Notes under the pieces: model-generated
Told to the model about the DNA's origin: nothing
Seen by the model: the letters and a program-made list of their open reading frames with translations, nothing else
The model's database searches: none
Made by a program: the position numbers and the translations under genes
In this document: positions 30,624 to 39,947 of the stretch, in pieces
Numbering within the stretch: the stretch's first letter is position 1
How the letters are laid out: each line of letters opens with the position of its first letter
Origin: Candidatus Kapaibacterium sp.
GTDB taxonomy: Bacteria > Bacteroidota > Ignavibacteria > Kapaibacteriales > HRBIN21
Assembly: GCA_938084565.1 (NCBI GenBank)
Contig: CALKEU010000007.1
Location: 115,039 to 179,038, forward strand
DNA: 64,000 bases
Reading direction: 5' to 3'

Positions 30624-30631
30624 TATTTTTG
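30624..30631 (+). promoter_or_regulatory. Putative TAnnTTTG promoter element
   Basis: TATTTTTG about 27 nt upstream of the permease ATG; divergent partner of the nuoA site. Confidence 0.55.
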
Positions 30632-30657
30632 CAGCCATCTTAACCCATCTGCTGCCG

Positions 30658-32136
30658 ATGGAGCAGACAACTTCTGGACAGCCTTCGCCACCACTATCAC
30701 AGCGTCTTGGGTGGTGGAGCACGTTCACTCTGGTCGTTGGCAGTGTGATTGGCTCGGGAATCTTCAAGAAATCCTCTACCATGGCAGCTCAACTCGGTTC
30801 GGCCGAGCTTCTGCTCCTGGCATGGGCTGTGGCAGGGGCGATTACCCTCTGTGGAGTCCTGACGAACGCCGAGATTGCAGGCCTCCTCCCTCTTACGGGG
30901 GGTCAGTATGTTTTCTTCCGCACCATGTATGGCGACTTTCCCGCTTACCTCTACGGCTGGGCGATGGTCAGCGTTGTCCAGACAGGTTCAATTGCCTCCA
31001 TCGCTTACGTATTCGCCGAGCACATGCAGTACTTCGTACCGCTACCCCGACTACCAGAAGGAATGGAACGCTCCCTTGCGCTCTACCTTCCAGGCATTGG
31101 GACATTCTACCCGCTGGATAATCTCGGCGTGAAGCTCCTCAGCATTGCCACCATTGGAGTCCTGACGGTAGCGAATATACGGGGTGTCCATATCGGCGGC
31201 GGTATCCAGATTGTTCTAACCCTGGCCAAGGTCGGTGCCATTCTCGTACTCGTTGCTCTGGGGCTCTCGACATTGGCACACGGATGGCATCTTCCTCAAG
31301 GCAGTCAGACCCCCGCCAGCAGCTCAATGGGCTGGGGATGGCTGAGCTCCTTTGCTGTAGCCCTGGCAGGGGCATTCTGGGCATACGACGGGTGGAATAA
31401 TGTCACATACGTCGCCGGAGAGATCCGCGCAGCCGAACGGATGGTTCCGCGCGCACTCGTCCTAGGCATGATAGGGGTGACGGTCATTTACCTGCTCGTC
31501 AATTTGAGCTACATAGCAGCCTTACCCATTGAGGTCATGGCCCGCTCACAGTTGGTTGGCGTCGAAGCGGCACAAGCTGTACTCGGTACAGGCGGGGCTG
31601 CTTTCATTGCCATTGCTGTCATGCTCTCAACGCTGGGTACCACGAATGGAACTATTCTCAGCAGTGCCCGTCTGTTCTATGCCATGGCTGATCGGGGCTC
31701 TTTGCCCTCTCCCTTCCGGTATGTTCATCCACGCTACCACACGCCTGCGGGAGCTCTCGTTCTGCAGGGGCTCTGGGCAAGTATACTCGTCCTGAGCGGC
31801 ACTTTCGACACTCTCACCGACATGCTCATTGTCGTCAGCTGGGGATTTTATGCCCTTGGTGCTGCAGGCATTGTGATCTTGCGCCGCAAGCTTCCCGACG
31901 CACCCCGCCCCTGGCGCGTCCCGGGCTACCCCGTGATCCCCTTCCTCTTCGTCATGTTTGCCACAGCCTTCGTAGTGCTCAGCCTCATAGAAGATATCAC
32001 TGCGTACGCTCGCGGTGAGCTCCCCTTCATGCGTACAGTGCTCGGCCTTGGACTCGTTGCCGTCGGCATCCCTCTGTACTTCCTGCTACGCTACCGACCT
32101 TCTGCAGCTCCACCAACGACAACGCCTTCGCCATGA
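30658..32136 (+). CDS. APC-family amino acid permease (LAT/SteT-like)
   Basis: GSVIGSGIF, GGQYVF, WAYDGW, about 12 TMs. Confidence 0.9.
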   Translation: MEQTTSGQPSPPLSQRLGWWSTFTLVVGSVIGSGIFKKSSTMAAQLGSAELLLLAWAVAGAITLCGVLTNAEIAGLLPLTGGQYVFFRTMYGDFPAYLYGWAMVSVVQTGSIASIAYVFAEHMQYFVPLPRLPEGMERSLALYLPGIGTFYPLDNLGVKLLSIATIGVLTVANIRGVHIGGGIQIVLTLAKVGAILVLVALGLSTLAHGWHLPQGSQTPASSSMGWGWLSSFAVALAGAFWAYDGWNNVTYVAGEIRAAERMVPRALVLGMIGVTVIYLLVNLSYIAALPIEVMARSQLVGVEAAQAVLGTGGAAFIAIAVMLSTLGTTNGTILSSARLFYAMADRGSLPSPFRYVHPRYHTPAGALVLQGLWASILVLSGTFDTLTDMLIVVSWGFYALGAAGIVILRRKLPDAPRPWRVPGYPVIPFLFVMFATAFVVLSLIEDITAYARGELPFMRTVLGLGLVAVGIPLYFLLRYRPSAAPPTTTPSP

Positions 32137-33338
32137 TGGATGCCATCCCGGACATACTGTTGGTCGACGATGAAGAAGCCTTCTGCACAGCCGTTGCTCA
32201 GTACATGCAATCGTGGGCCTCTGTGCGCTACGCTCTGACCTACTCGGAAGGACGTCGGCTTCTGCAGCAGCGCTGTCCAGACATCCTTCTAGCCGACCAC
32301 TACCTTCCCGATGGTGAGGGGGTTGAACTTCTTGAGTTAGCGCTGAAGAGTTGTCCGGAGAGCGCGCGGGTCCTCATCACTGCGCATACGGACTCAGACA
32401 TCCTCCAGCGCGCCATCAACGAACTGCGCATTGCCTACTACATTGCCAAACCTGTCGAACTTCCCCAGCTGCAACTTCTGCTACAGCAGCTCTGGTATTT
32501 GCTCATCCTCCGTCGCTCTCAGCAGGAGCTGCAGGCGCAACTTCGAGCTTACTATCAAGAGCTGGAAGAGCGCATTGCTAAGCGCACCCGTACTCTGCAG
32601 CATGCCTACGATGAGCTTCGTCATCTCACGGAGCAGAGGGATCAACTCCTGCGCTTCTTGCTCCACGATCTGCGAGCTCCTCTCTCGAACCTGCGCCTGC
32701 TCTGGAACGAGCTCATGCAGCTCGTACCTGCCGATACGCAAGCCGGTGAACTGTTAGCTTTAGGTAGGGACATCGTGCATACTCTCGAGCAGCTTGCGGC
32801 CACCATGGCTGCCACTGTTACAGCAGATGCTACGCTCCCCCTCTCGCACCCCACCCCTATCGATCTGGCAGAGCTTTCGGAACGGTGTATAGCGCTCTTC
32901 CGTCCACGTGCCCACGCCAAGTCCATCCAGCTTTGTCTTCAACTTCCCCACCGGAAGCTCCCTCTTCTCTTCGGCAATCAGGCTCTCCTGGAGCGCCTCC
33001 TGATAAACCTCCTCGACAATGCTCTCAAATACACGCCGGCTGGGGGGACTGTAACCGTAAGGCTGCAGTCCCACGAGGATCGACTCGAGCTGCAAGTACA
33101 GGACACCGGCGTCGGATTGCATGCTGAGGAACTCTCCATGCTCCTCTCCGGCTCTGGCAAGCCCTCGGTCCATCCAACTGCTGGCGAATCCTCCACAGGT
33201 CTCGGATGGAAGATCATCCGCCAGATTGCTCAACTGCACCATGCTTCCGTTGACATCATCTCTGCTGGGAAAGGTGCTGGGACAACTGTCACCATTTGCT
33301 TCCCCACGCATGTATCTGCCATCTCGAGCCCCTCATGA
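32133..33338 (+). CDS. Hybrid receiver/histidine kinase
   Basis: LLVDDE..LADHYLPD..KP receiver; HDLRAPL, NLLDNALKY, DTGVG, TGLG. Confidence 0.88.
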   Translation: MMDAIPDILLVDDEEAFCTAVAQYMQSWASVRYALTYSEGRRLLQQRCPDILLADHYLPDGEGVELLELALKSCPESARVLITAHTDSDILQRAINELRIAYYIAKPVELPQLQLLLQQLWYLLILRRSQQELQAQLRAYYQELEERIAKRTRTLQHAYDELRHLTEQRDQLLRFLLHDLRAPLSNLRLLWNELMQLVPADTQAGELLALGRDIVHTLEQLAATMAATVTADATLPLSHPTPIDLAELSERCIALFRPRAHAKSIQLCLQLPHRKLPLLFGNQALLERLLINLLDNALKYTPAGGTVTVRLQSHEDRLELQVQDTGVGLHAEELSMLLSGSGKPSVHPTAGESSTGLGWKIIRQIAQLHHASVDIISAGKGAGTTVTICFPTHVSAISSPS

Positions 33339-33976
33339 AAGCCATCCGCTTCCGCCTCCATCCGACCACGCCGGAACGGCACAAACTACAGCGCATCAGT
33401 GACGCACTCCACTATGGGGCCATCATCCTCTACCCGACCGATACCGGTTTTGCACTCGGCTGCCAGCTTGCGAACAAGAGCGCTATCGAACGACTGCGGC
33501 TCATTCGCCAGCTCCCCTCCGAGAAGCCATTGACCTTCCTATGCAATTCGCTCAAGCACCTTGCTGAGTTTGCGCATGTCTCCACCTCGGCTTACCGCAT
33601 CCTGAAGCGTCTCACACCGGGGCCGTACACCTTCATCCTGCCGGCAACGAAGGCTGTCCCTTACTACGCCCAAGACTTGAAGCGCAAAACTGCTGGCATC
33701 CGCATCCCCGATTCCCCCATCTGCCTGGCACTGCTCCAGGCCTTTGGCGCTCCTCTCATCTCCATCAGTGCTCTCAGCAACGAGGAAGAAGCTATCGAGC
33801 CCACCGCGCTCATTGAGCGCTTTGCCGCACAGGTAGACATCGTGGTGGAGACCGAAACGTACAGCTTTCAGGGCCCTTCCACAATCATCGATCTCACCGA
33901 AGACATACCGCGCATCCTCCGACGCGGTGCAGGTTTAGAGCGCGCTCTGGAAGTACTCCCCTTGGAAGAGCTCTGA
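33335..33976 (+). CDS. YrdC/Sua5-family protein (YciO-like)
   Basis: YPTDTGFALGC, PGPYTFIL, GIRIPD, PSTIIDL. Confidence 0.85.
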   Translation: MKAIRFRLHPTTPERHKLQRISDALHYGAIILYPTDTGFALGCQLANKSAIERLRLIRQLPSEKPLTFLCNSLKHLAEFAHVSTSAYRILKRLTPGPYTFILPATKAVPYYAQDLKRKTAGIRIPDSPICLALLQAFGAPLISISALSNEEEAIEPTALIERFAAQVDIVVETETYSFQGPSTIIDLTEDIPRILRRGAGLERALEVLPLEEL

Positions 33977-33982
33977 AGAAGG

Positions 33983-35545
33983 TCAGCGGAGCACCTGCAG
34001 GACCCTCGTCGTCGCTCGGCGTCCAACACGCAAACGGCACAAATAGAAGCCCGAACTTATCGGCCCCAAGCGCACTGACACACGGTGGTCCCCCGCAGGG
34101 TATTCCCCCTGAAGGAGATTGCCAACCAGCCGGCCCTGCAGGTCTAAGAGCAGGAGCTCTACGGAGGCCTGGTCTGGCAGAGCAAAGGACAGTGTTGCCA
34201 TTGAAGAGGCAGGGTTCGGAGAGATTTCGAACCGGAATACCTCCGGAGGCGCTTCCTCGACCCAGGTCTGAACCGCAAACAGTGGTAGGGGAGCAAACTC
34301 GCGCAACAGAATCCGCTGCACTTGTGTCTGCGGGGCTCCAAACCACTGCAACAATGCAGCAGCATACACCTGGCGGTAGTCGTACTGCATGAGCAGATCA
34401 CCCCGCGGGTCTAAGTTGGCCAGATCGGGATCCTGCCCGTGGAGGCGCCCACCGAGCACCTGCCCTCCAAAGACGAAGAGAGGCGCTGCAGTCCCGTGAT
34501 CGGTACCCTTGGAGGCATTCTCTTGGACACGTCGCCCAAACTCGGAAAAGGTCATGCCAGCCACACGATCAGCCAGACCGAGCGCCCGCAGATCATCCAG
34601 AAATGCTTTGACGGCGTCGGAGAGCTCACGCAAGAGCGACGCATGGATGCCGGTAACCCCTCCTTGATAGGCATGGGTGTCGAAACTATTGCGCTCGATG
34701 CCTACTACGTACACCTTCGCTCCCAAACCCCCGCTGATGAGGCGTGCTACAATGCGCAACTTCTGCCCAAGATCGGTATCCGGATAGGCTATGCGATTGG
34801 TCCCCTGCTCGGATGCTCGGCGTACAAGCTCTGCATAGCGCTGCGCCGCTTGCGCAATGGAGCGGACAAAGCGTAGTTCCTGCCCAGCCAGTGTATTTGG
34901 CACTTCGCCCCCAACACCTTCTGCGCCTTGGGAAACCAGTCGATAGAAGTCCCGGGGATCGCGGAAGGAGAGCCCTAACAGCCCCCGCTCACCCTGCACG
35001 ACGAGGGAGGAGGCCGCACCAATCTGGACCGCTAAAGGTTCCGAGGGGATCTCTCCCGGCGGAAGGTCGGCTACCAGCGTCTCTAAGTAGCGCCCGAGCC
35101 ACCCCGTGCCGAGAAAGACATCGGCGTCGGTTGCTGTCACCCAAATATCTGTCCCACGGAAGTGCGAGCGATCCGGATTTGGATAGATAACCCCCTGCAC
35201 AATGGCCAACTCTCCCCGGTCGTAGAGCTCCTTGAAGCCCACCAGTGCGGGATGCCACCCTAACGTTGGGGTCAACGGCAGGGTCTGTTCCTTCGGGATA
35301 GCAATGGTAGGCCGAGCAGCATAGTAGAGGGGGTTCTCAATGGGAACCAGCGTATTGAGTCCATCATTGCCCCCTTGGAGCTGGATTAAGACGAAGACAC
35401 GATCGCTCTGCTCAGTCAGCTTCCGGAGATGTCCAAGGGCTGGAGCATGAGCAAGGGCCTGAGCCGAAAACCGACCTAGCGCTGGCAGCGCCGAGAGCAC
35501 TACGCCAGCTTTGAGTGTCTGCTTGAGGAAATGCCGCCGCTGCAT
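33983..35545 (-). CDS. DUF1501-family protein with Tat-like signal and T9SS-type C-terminal domain
   Basis: QRRHFLK, LIQLQGGNDGLN, PNPDRSHF, FDTH, SEFGRR..GTDHG, then SPNP..GFYLCRL; SD GGAGGAG before ATG 35545. Confidence 0.85.
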   Translation of the reverse strand: MQRRHFLKQTLKAGVVLSALPALGRFSAQALAHAPALGHLRKLTEQSDRVFVLIQLQGGNDGLNTLVPIENPLYYAARPTIAIPKEQTLPLTPTLGWHPALVGFKELYDRGELAIVQGVIYPNPDRSHFRGTDIWVTATDADVFLGTGWLGRYLETLVADLPPGEIPSEPLAVQIGAASSLVVQGERGLLGLSFRDPRDFYRLVSQGAEGVGGEVPNTLAGQELRFVRSIAQAAQRYAELVRRASEQGTNRIAYPDTDLGQKLRIVARLISGGLGAKVYVVGIERNSFDTHAYQGGVTGIHASLLRELSDAVKAFLDDLRALGLADRVAGMTFSEFGRRVQENASKGTDHGTAAPLFVFGGQVLGGRLHGQDPDLANLDPRGDLLMQYDYRQVYAAALLQWFGAPQTQVQRILLREFAPLPLFAVQTWVEEAPPEVFRFEISPNPASSMATLSFALPDQASVELLLLDLQGRLVGNLLQGEYPAGDHRVSVRLGPISSGFYLCRLRVGRRATTRVLQVLR

Positions 35546-35563
35546 GGCCTTCTCCTCCATGTG

Positions 35564-37054
35564 CTACGTCAGCTGATATTCTGGCAGGCGCACAATCGCC
35601 TTCAGCAAGAGGCGAATCCGAACATCGGCATTGGGAGCTTCCAGACTCCACTCATACTCAGGGGCTCCCTGCAAGAGTTCGCTCACGAGCCACTCCTCTT
35701 GCTCTGCCGCTATTGGATAGGCCAAGAGAAAGCGGGCAACTTCACGCACGAACGCCCGCGCCTGCCCATGGGAGGCGAACTGACGGGCAAAGCCGAGTAC
35801 ATCGACGGTAAAGGGCAACTGTGCCCCTTCAACCGTACGCCCCTCGAGGAGAGCTTCGGCAATGCGCTGGCGCAGCGGCAGCGTCATACTCGTCAGCCAC
35901 AGCCGATGCCCCTTCCAACCCTCTACCGTCGGCGGATTGAAGAGCTCAAGCTGGAGTGCTGCGGCCGCACGAACCCCGTATGCATATGCGGCCGGATGCC
36001 GAATCCCGAGCTGCCGTAAGAGCCCAACGATGAAATCCAACGGGGACTTGATCTGCGCGGCGTAGAAGCGCGGGTCGAAGAAGTGGGCACTCCCCAAGAG
36101 TATACGAAGTACCGGCTTGAGCTCAAAGTTGTGCGCTACCAGTGCCTGAGCCAATTGCTCCACAATGTTCTCATCCGGAACGGCATAGACGAAGAAACGA
36201 TACAGCTTACGGGCAAAAAAGCGCGGGCAGGCTGGCTGCTCGAAAATGATGCGGATTACATCCTCTGTCCCCCAACGCCCTGTCTGCCCCAGAAATGTCT
36301 TTACCCCATCGTCGAAACGCTGTGGCACAAAGATCGAGCGCAAGCCAACAACGCGCCAGCCTGTGAGCGCTCGTGTTGCAGCCACGACATCCCACTCCGT
36401 ATAGTTGCCCACCCCCAACGTGAAGAGCTCCAAAAGTTCACGAGCAAAGTTCTCGTTCGGCTTGCCTGCCATGTTGTCGTTATTGTCCAAGTAGAGGAGC
36501 ATAGCCGGATCGGAAACCATCGAGCGGGTCAATGCCCGAAGGTTGCCCCAGACCATCCGACGGAAGGTGTCGTTCTGGATGTAGTGGTACTGTGGAGTGT
36601 AGACTTTGTCCTTGTCCGTCGTGAAATGGTTATGCCAGAAGAAGACCATCTTCTCCCGCAGTGAGCGCTCACGCTCGACCATAAGCCTGAACCACCACTG
36701 CTGCAGTTCGGCCATTCGCTGGGCATCGAGCACTCTATCCGGCGGATAGCGAGGCTCTTCCCCCACCCAGGTCCCCGGCGGCTCCGGAAGCGGGAGATCC
36801 TGCAAGAGAGCTTCGACGACTTCCTGGGGCGAGCGCGACAACGCCCACTCCAGCTCGGCCTTCGTAAACTGAAATCCCGCCCGGTGCAGCAAATGCCCCG
36901 CGCTGCGCTCATCCCAAGGCACCTCTGGCGAGGGAACGTATGGCTCCAGTCCCGCCTGAACTCGTTTTGGGACTCCAGCCATGATCTGCTCCAGCACAGC
37001 CAATCCTTGCCGGAAGGGCTCAGCTATAGAGCTGAGGAATTCCCGCCGTTGCAT
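35564..37054 (-). CDS. DUF1800-family protein
   Basis: HLLHRAGF, LREKMVFFWHNHF, PAMLLYLDN, PNENFARELLELFTLG, PPTVEGW, PEYQL. Confidence 0.88.
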   Translation of the reverse strand: MQRREFLSSIAEPFRQGLAVLEQIMAGVPKRVQAGLEPYVPSPEVPWDERSAGHLLHRAGFQFTKAELEWALSRSPQEVVEALLQDLPLPEPPGTWVGEEPRYPPDRVLDAQRMAELQQWWFRLMVERERSLREKMVFFWHNHFTTDKDKVYTPQYHYIQNDTFRRMVWGNLRALTRSMVSDPAMLLYLDNNDNMAGKPNENFARELLELFTLGVGNYTEWDVVAATRALTGWRVVGLRSIFVPQRFDDGVKTFLGQTGRWGTEDVIRIIFEQPACPRFFARKLYRFFVYAVPDENIVEQLAQALVAHNFELKPVLRILLGSAHFFDPRFYAAQIKSPLDFIVGLLRQLGIRHPAAYAYGVRAAAALQLELFNPPTVEGWKGHRLWLTSMTLPLRQRIAEALLEGRTVEGAQLPFTVDVLGFARQFASHGQARAFVREVARFLLAYPIAAEQEEWLVSELLQGAPEYEWSLEAPNADVRIRLLLKAIVRLPEYQLT

Positions 37055-37091
37055 CGGACGTGCCCTGCCGCTGTGGGACCTACGCTCCAAC

Positions 37092-37646
37092 TTACGAATT
37101 TTTGCCTTCGAGAGCAACGGTCCCCTTCTGCCTCACGGCCCACCATCGCCGAGCATAGGTGCCCGTAGAAGAAATGATGCCCAAAATGCTCAGAGCGATG
37201 CCGACTGCTAACCAGTCCTCCCAGCCCAAATAGGCAGCAAAGAGAGTTCCGGCAATGGCAAGAGCCGTCCACTTCCCCGGAGGCAGCGAGGGCAGTATCT
37301 GTCCACTCCAGCGCCACGCCAGGACACCACCGAGGAGCAGCAGGGCATCCCGCGCCAGCACAAGCAGCACAAACCAGAGTGGCAATTTCTGCTGCCCCGC
37401 TAGAATGAGCGCGGCCACTGCCGCAACGATTTTGTCTGCCAGCGGATCCAGTGCTTTGCCCACCTCACTGATGCGCCGCTGCCGTCGAGCAAGCTCTCCA
37501 TCTGCCACGTCGGAGAGTACAGCCCATAGCCCCAACGCCACCACCCACGGTGTTGCTTCGGCCAGAAGCGCCCACGCTAGAGGGAGAGCTGTCAGCAAGC
37601 GCAGCAGGCTCAGTACGTTAGGGATTGTCCACACCGATCCCTCCAT
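37092..37646 (-). CDS. CDP-alcohol phosphatidyltransferase (PgsA-like)
   Basis: TIPNVLSLLR, DVADGELAR..GKALDPLADK. Confidence 0.9.
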   Translation of the reverse strand: MEGSVWTIPNVLSLLRLLTALPLAWALLAEATPWVVALGLWAVLSDVADGELARRQRRISEVGKALDPLADKIVAAVAALILAGQQKLPLWFVLLVLARDALLLLGGVLAWRWSGQILPSLPPGKWTALAIAGTLFAAYLGWEDWLAVGIALSILGIISSTGTYARRWWAVRQKGTVALEGKNS

Positions 37647-39027
37647 TTCTTCGCCTCATCCAGAGGAGACTGCCACCCAGACCAACGAGCATACCCACGA
37701 AGGCGGGCTCTATATGCCCCGGCACCGGTAAGAGCTGCGTGACCTGCAGCCCCATCCATCCCGCCCCAGCGCCTACCGTTATCCCCATGAGCATGCCGAC
37801 ACGGGAGCTTGGTATGTACACACGCTGCACATATCCCAACACAAAGGGAAAGAGCAAGGCCGGTACAGCCAGAGAAGCTGTCCGCACAATCAGCTCCACT
37901 ACCGACGGGATAGCCCACGCCATCCCCATGGCTATTGCCATGGTTACCACAAGCCCCCATTGGGTCAGACGTCGTACAGGGTAACGCCCTGCCAGCAGCC
38001 GACAGCGTCCCAGAATATCGTATCCCACGGTGGCAGCGCTCAGGAAAGTGTAGCTCTCAAGAGTCGACATCACCGTAGCAAACAGCGCTACGGCGAAAAT
38101 CCCCTTCCACCCGACAGGCAACACGGTCTCGGCGAGCGTAAGGTAGGCCGACAGCGGCTCCGTCGGCACAAAGGCTCGGGCATACAGCGCCGCCATGATG
38201 CTCATCGTATCGAATACAAGCCAGAAGAGGACCGACAGCACGATCCCCCAGCGCGCCGTCCGCACCGACTGAGCAGCCGCACAGCGCTGGTAGAAGCTCG
38301 GATCGATGAAGGTCTGCAGAGCAATGACAAACCATACCGCTATCCCTGACCAGCCCAAGAGCCCCGGTATCTCTCGATGTGTTGCCGGCAACACCTGCCA
38401 CATCTGCCATGGCATCCCCCAGTGATCGATACAGAAGCCGAGCAACACAGCAAAGCCCACATACATCAGGACGAACTGCGCTGCATTGGTCAGTACATCA
38501 GCTCGGAAGCCCCCTGTGTAGAGATAGGCCACGGAGAATACCGCCCCTACCACAAGCGCAATGCCCAGCGGCCACCCTGTCAAGGCTCTGATAAAAGTGG
38601 CCAGCATCAGCAGATACGAGGCAGGGATCGTAATGAGGAGGACCACCAGTGCCGCTGTTTTTCCAGCTCGCTCCCCATAGAAGAGCTGCATCTGCTGTGG
38701 GATTGTCAAGGTCTGTGATGCTCGGATCCTCCCTGCGATAGCCGCCGCAAAGATTAGCGCTGCCCCATAGTATGGTACCCCAAGACAGAGCCAGGCGACG
38801 ATACCGTAGCGATAGACAAACTCCCCCACACCCAGGATGGCTCCATACCACGTCGCTACCAGTGTAGCAACGAACAACGGCAATGTCAGACGGCGCCCAG
38901 CGAGGAGGTACTCTTCCGCCTCGCTGGCCCGTTCACCTCGCAGCCGAGGGGCAATACCGAAGCCAATCAGCAGTAGCACAACCCCATAGACGGCCACAAC
39001 CACCCAATCCTCTGCAGCCAGGCTCAT
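37618..39027 (-). CDS. Sodium:solute symporter
   Basis: EYLLAGRRL, ATWYG, GGFRADVLT, YQRCAAA, about 13 TMs. Confidence 0.88.
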   Translation of the reverse strand: MSLAAEDWVVVAVYGVVLLLIGFGIAPRLRGERASEAEEYLLAGRRLTLPLFVATLVATWYGAILGVGEFVYRYGIVAWLCLGVPYYGAALIFAAAIAGRIRASQTLTIPQQMQLFYGERAGKTAALVVLLITIPASYLLMLATFIRALTGWPLGIALVVGAVFSVAYLYTGGFRADVLTNAAQFVLMYVGFAVLLGFCIDHWGMPWQMWQVLPATHREIPGLLGWSGIAVWFVIALQTFIDPSFYQRCAAAQSVRTARWGIVLSVLFWLVFDTMSIMAALYARAFVPTEPLSAYLTLAETVLPVGWKGIFAVALFATVMSTLESYTFLSAATVGYDILGRCRLLAGRYPVRRLTQWGLVVTMAIAMGMAWAIPSVVELIVRTASLAVPALLFPFVLGYVQRVYIPSSRVGMLMGITVGAGAGWMGLQVTQLLPVPGHIEPAFVGMLVGLGGSLLWMRRRNGGIGVDNP

Positions 39028-39947
39028 CGTTGTGCGTTCCGAAAGGCTGCCACCGTGTGCACGAGGCCTTCAGGAAGCGGTGTCCGAGCCCTCCATCCCA
39101 GCTCTCGCTCAATCCGTGCAGAGGAGCAGACACTCCGCCGCACCTCTCCAAGACGGGGTGGGGCAAAGCGTGGCCTTGTACGCACACCCACCACTTGTTG
39201 CAGGAGCTCAAGCAAGGCATTGACACTGAGCTCCACACCACTGCTACAGTGGTAGATCCCCCGAGCCTGTGGCCGCAACGCACAGAGATTGGCCTCGGCA
39301 ATATCCCCGACATACACATAATCCCGCTTCTGCTCCCCATCCCCATAGATGACTGGCTGTTCGCCCCGAAGGAGTCGCTCGGCGAAAATCGCTACAACTC
39401 CAGCCTCTCCATGGGGATTCTGCCGTGGCCCGTAGACGTTCGTATAGCGCAGAACCACCGCTTCGATTCCGTAGAGACGGCTATAGCAGAGCAGATACTG
39501 CTCGGCTGCAAGCTTTGCCACACCGTAGGGTGCCAGCGGCTGGAGTGGATGCTCCTCCGAAGCCGGGAAGACCTGCTGCTCGCCGTATATGGTGCCTCCC
39601 GAGGAAGCCAAGATGACCCGTCGTACGCCAGCTCGCCGTGCGGCCTCGTACACGTTGAGACTGCCGAGAACGTTGTGCTGAGCATCGCGGAGGGGGTCCT
39701 CGACCGATACGCTGACGGCAATCTGCGCAGCATGGTGATTGACAACCTCGATGCGGTAATCAGCCAGCACCTCCACAAGAGCTCGATCGCACACATCCAT
39801 CAGCACAAAGGCGGCTCCCGCCGGCACATGTTCGCGGCGTCCCGTCGAGAGATTGTCCACCACAACGACCTCGTGCCCTGCTCGGAGATAGGCTTCCACG
39901 ACATGGGAGCCAATAAAGCCGGCGCCTCCCGTGACAGCAATCCTCAT
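39024..39947 (-). CDS. NAD-dependent epimerase/dehydratase (UDP-glucose 4-epimerase-like)
   Basis: TGGAGFIGSH, HHAAQ, YGVAK, RYTNVYGPRQ. Confidence 0.9.
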   Translation of the reverse strand: MRIAVTGGAGFIGSHVVEAYLRAGHEVVVVDNLSTGRREHVPAGAAFVLMDVCDRALVEVLADYRIEVVNHHAAQIAVSVSVEDPLRDAQHNVLGSLNVYEAARRAGVRRVILASSGGTIYGEQQVFPASEEHPLQPLAPYGVAKLAAEQYLLCYSRLYGIEAVVLRYTNVYGPRQNPHGEAGVVAIFAERLLRGEQPVIYGDGEQKRDYVYVGDIAEANLCALRPQARGIYHCSSGVELSVNALLELLQQVVGVRTRPRFAPPRLGEVRRSVCSSARIERELGWRARTPLPEGLVHTVAAFRNAQR

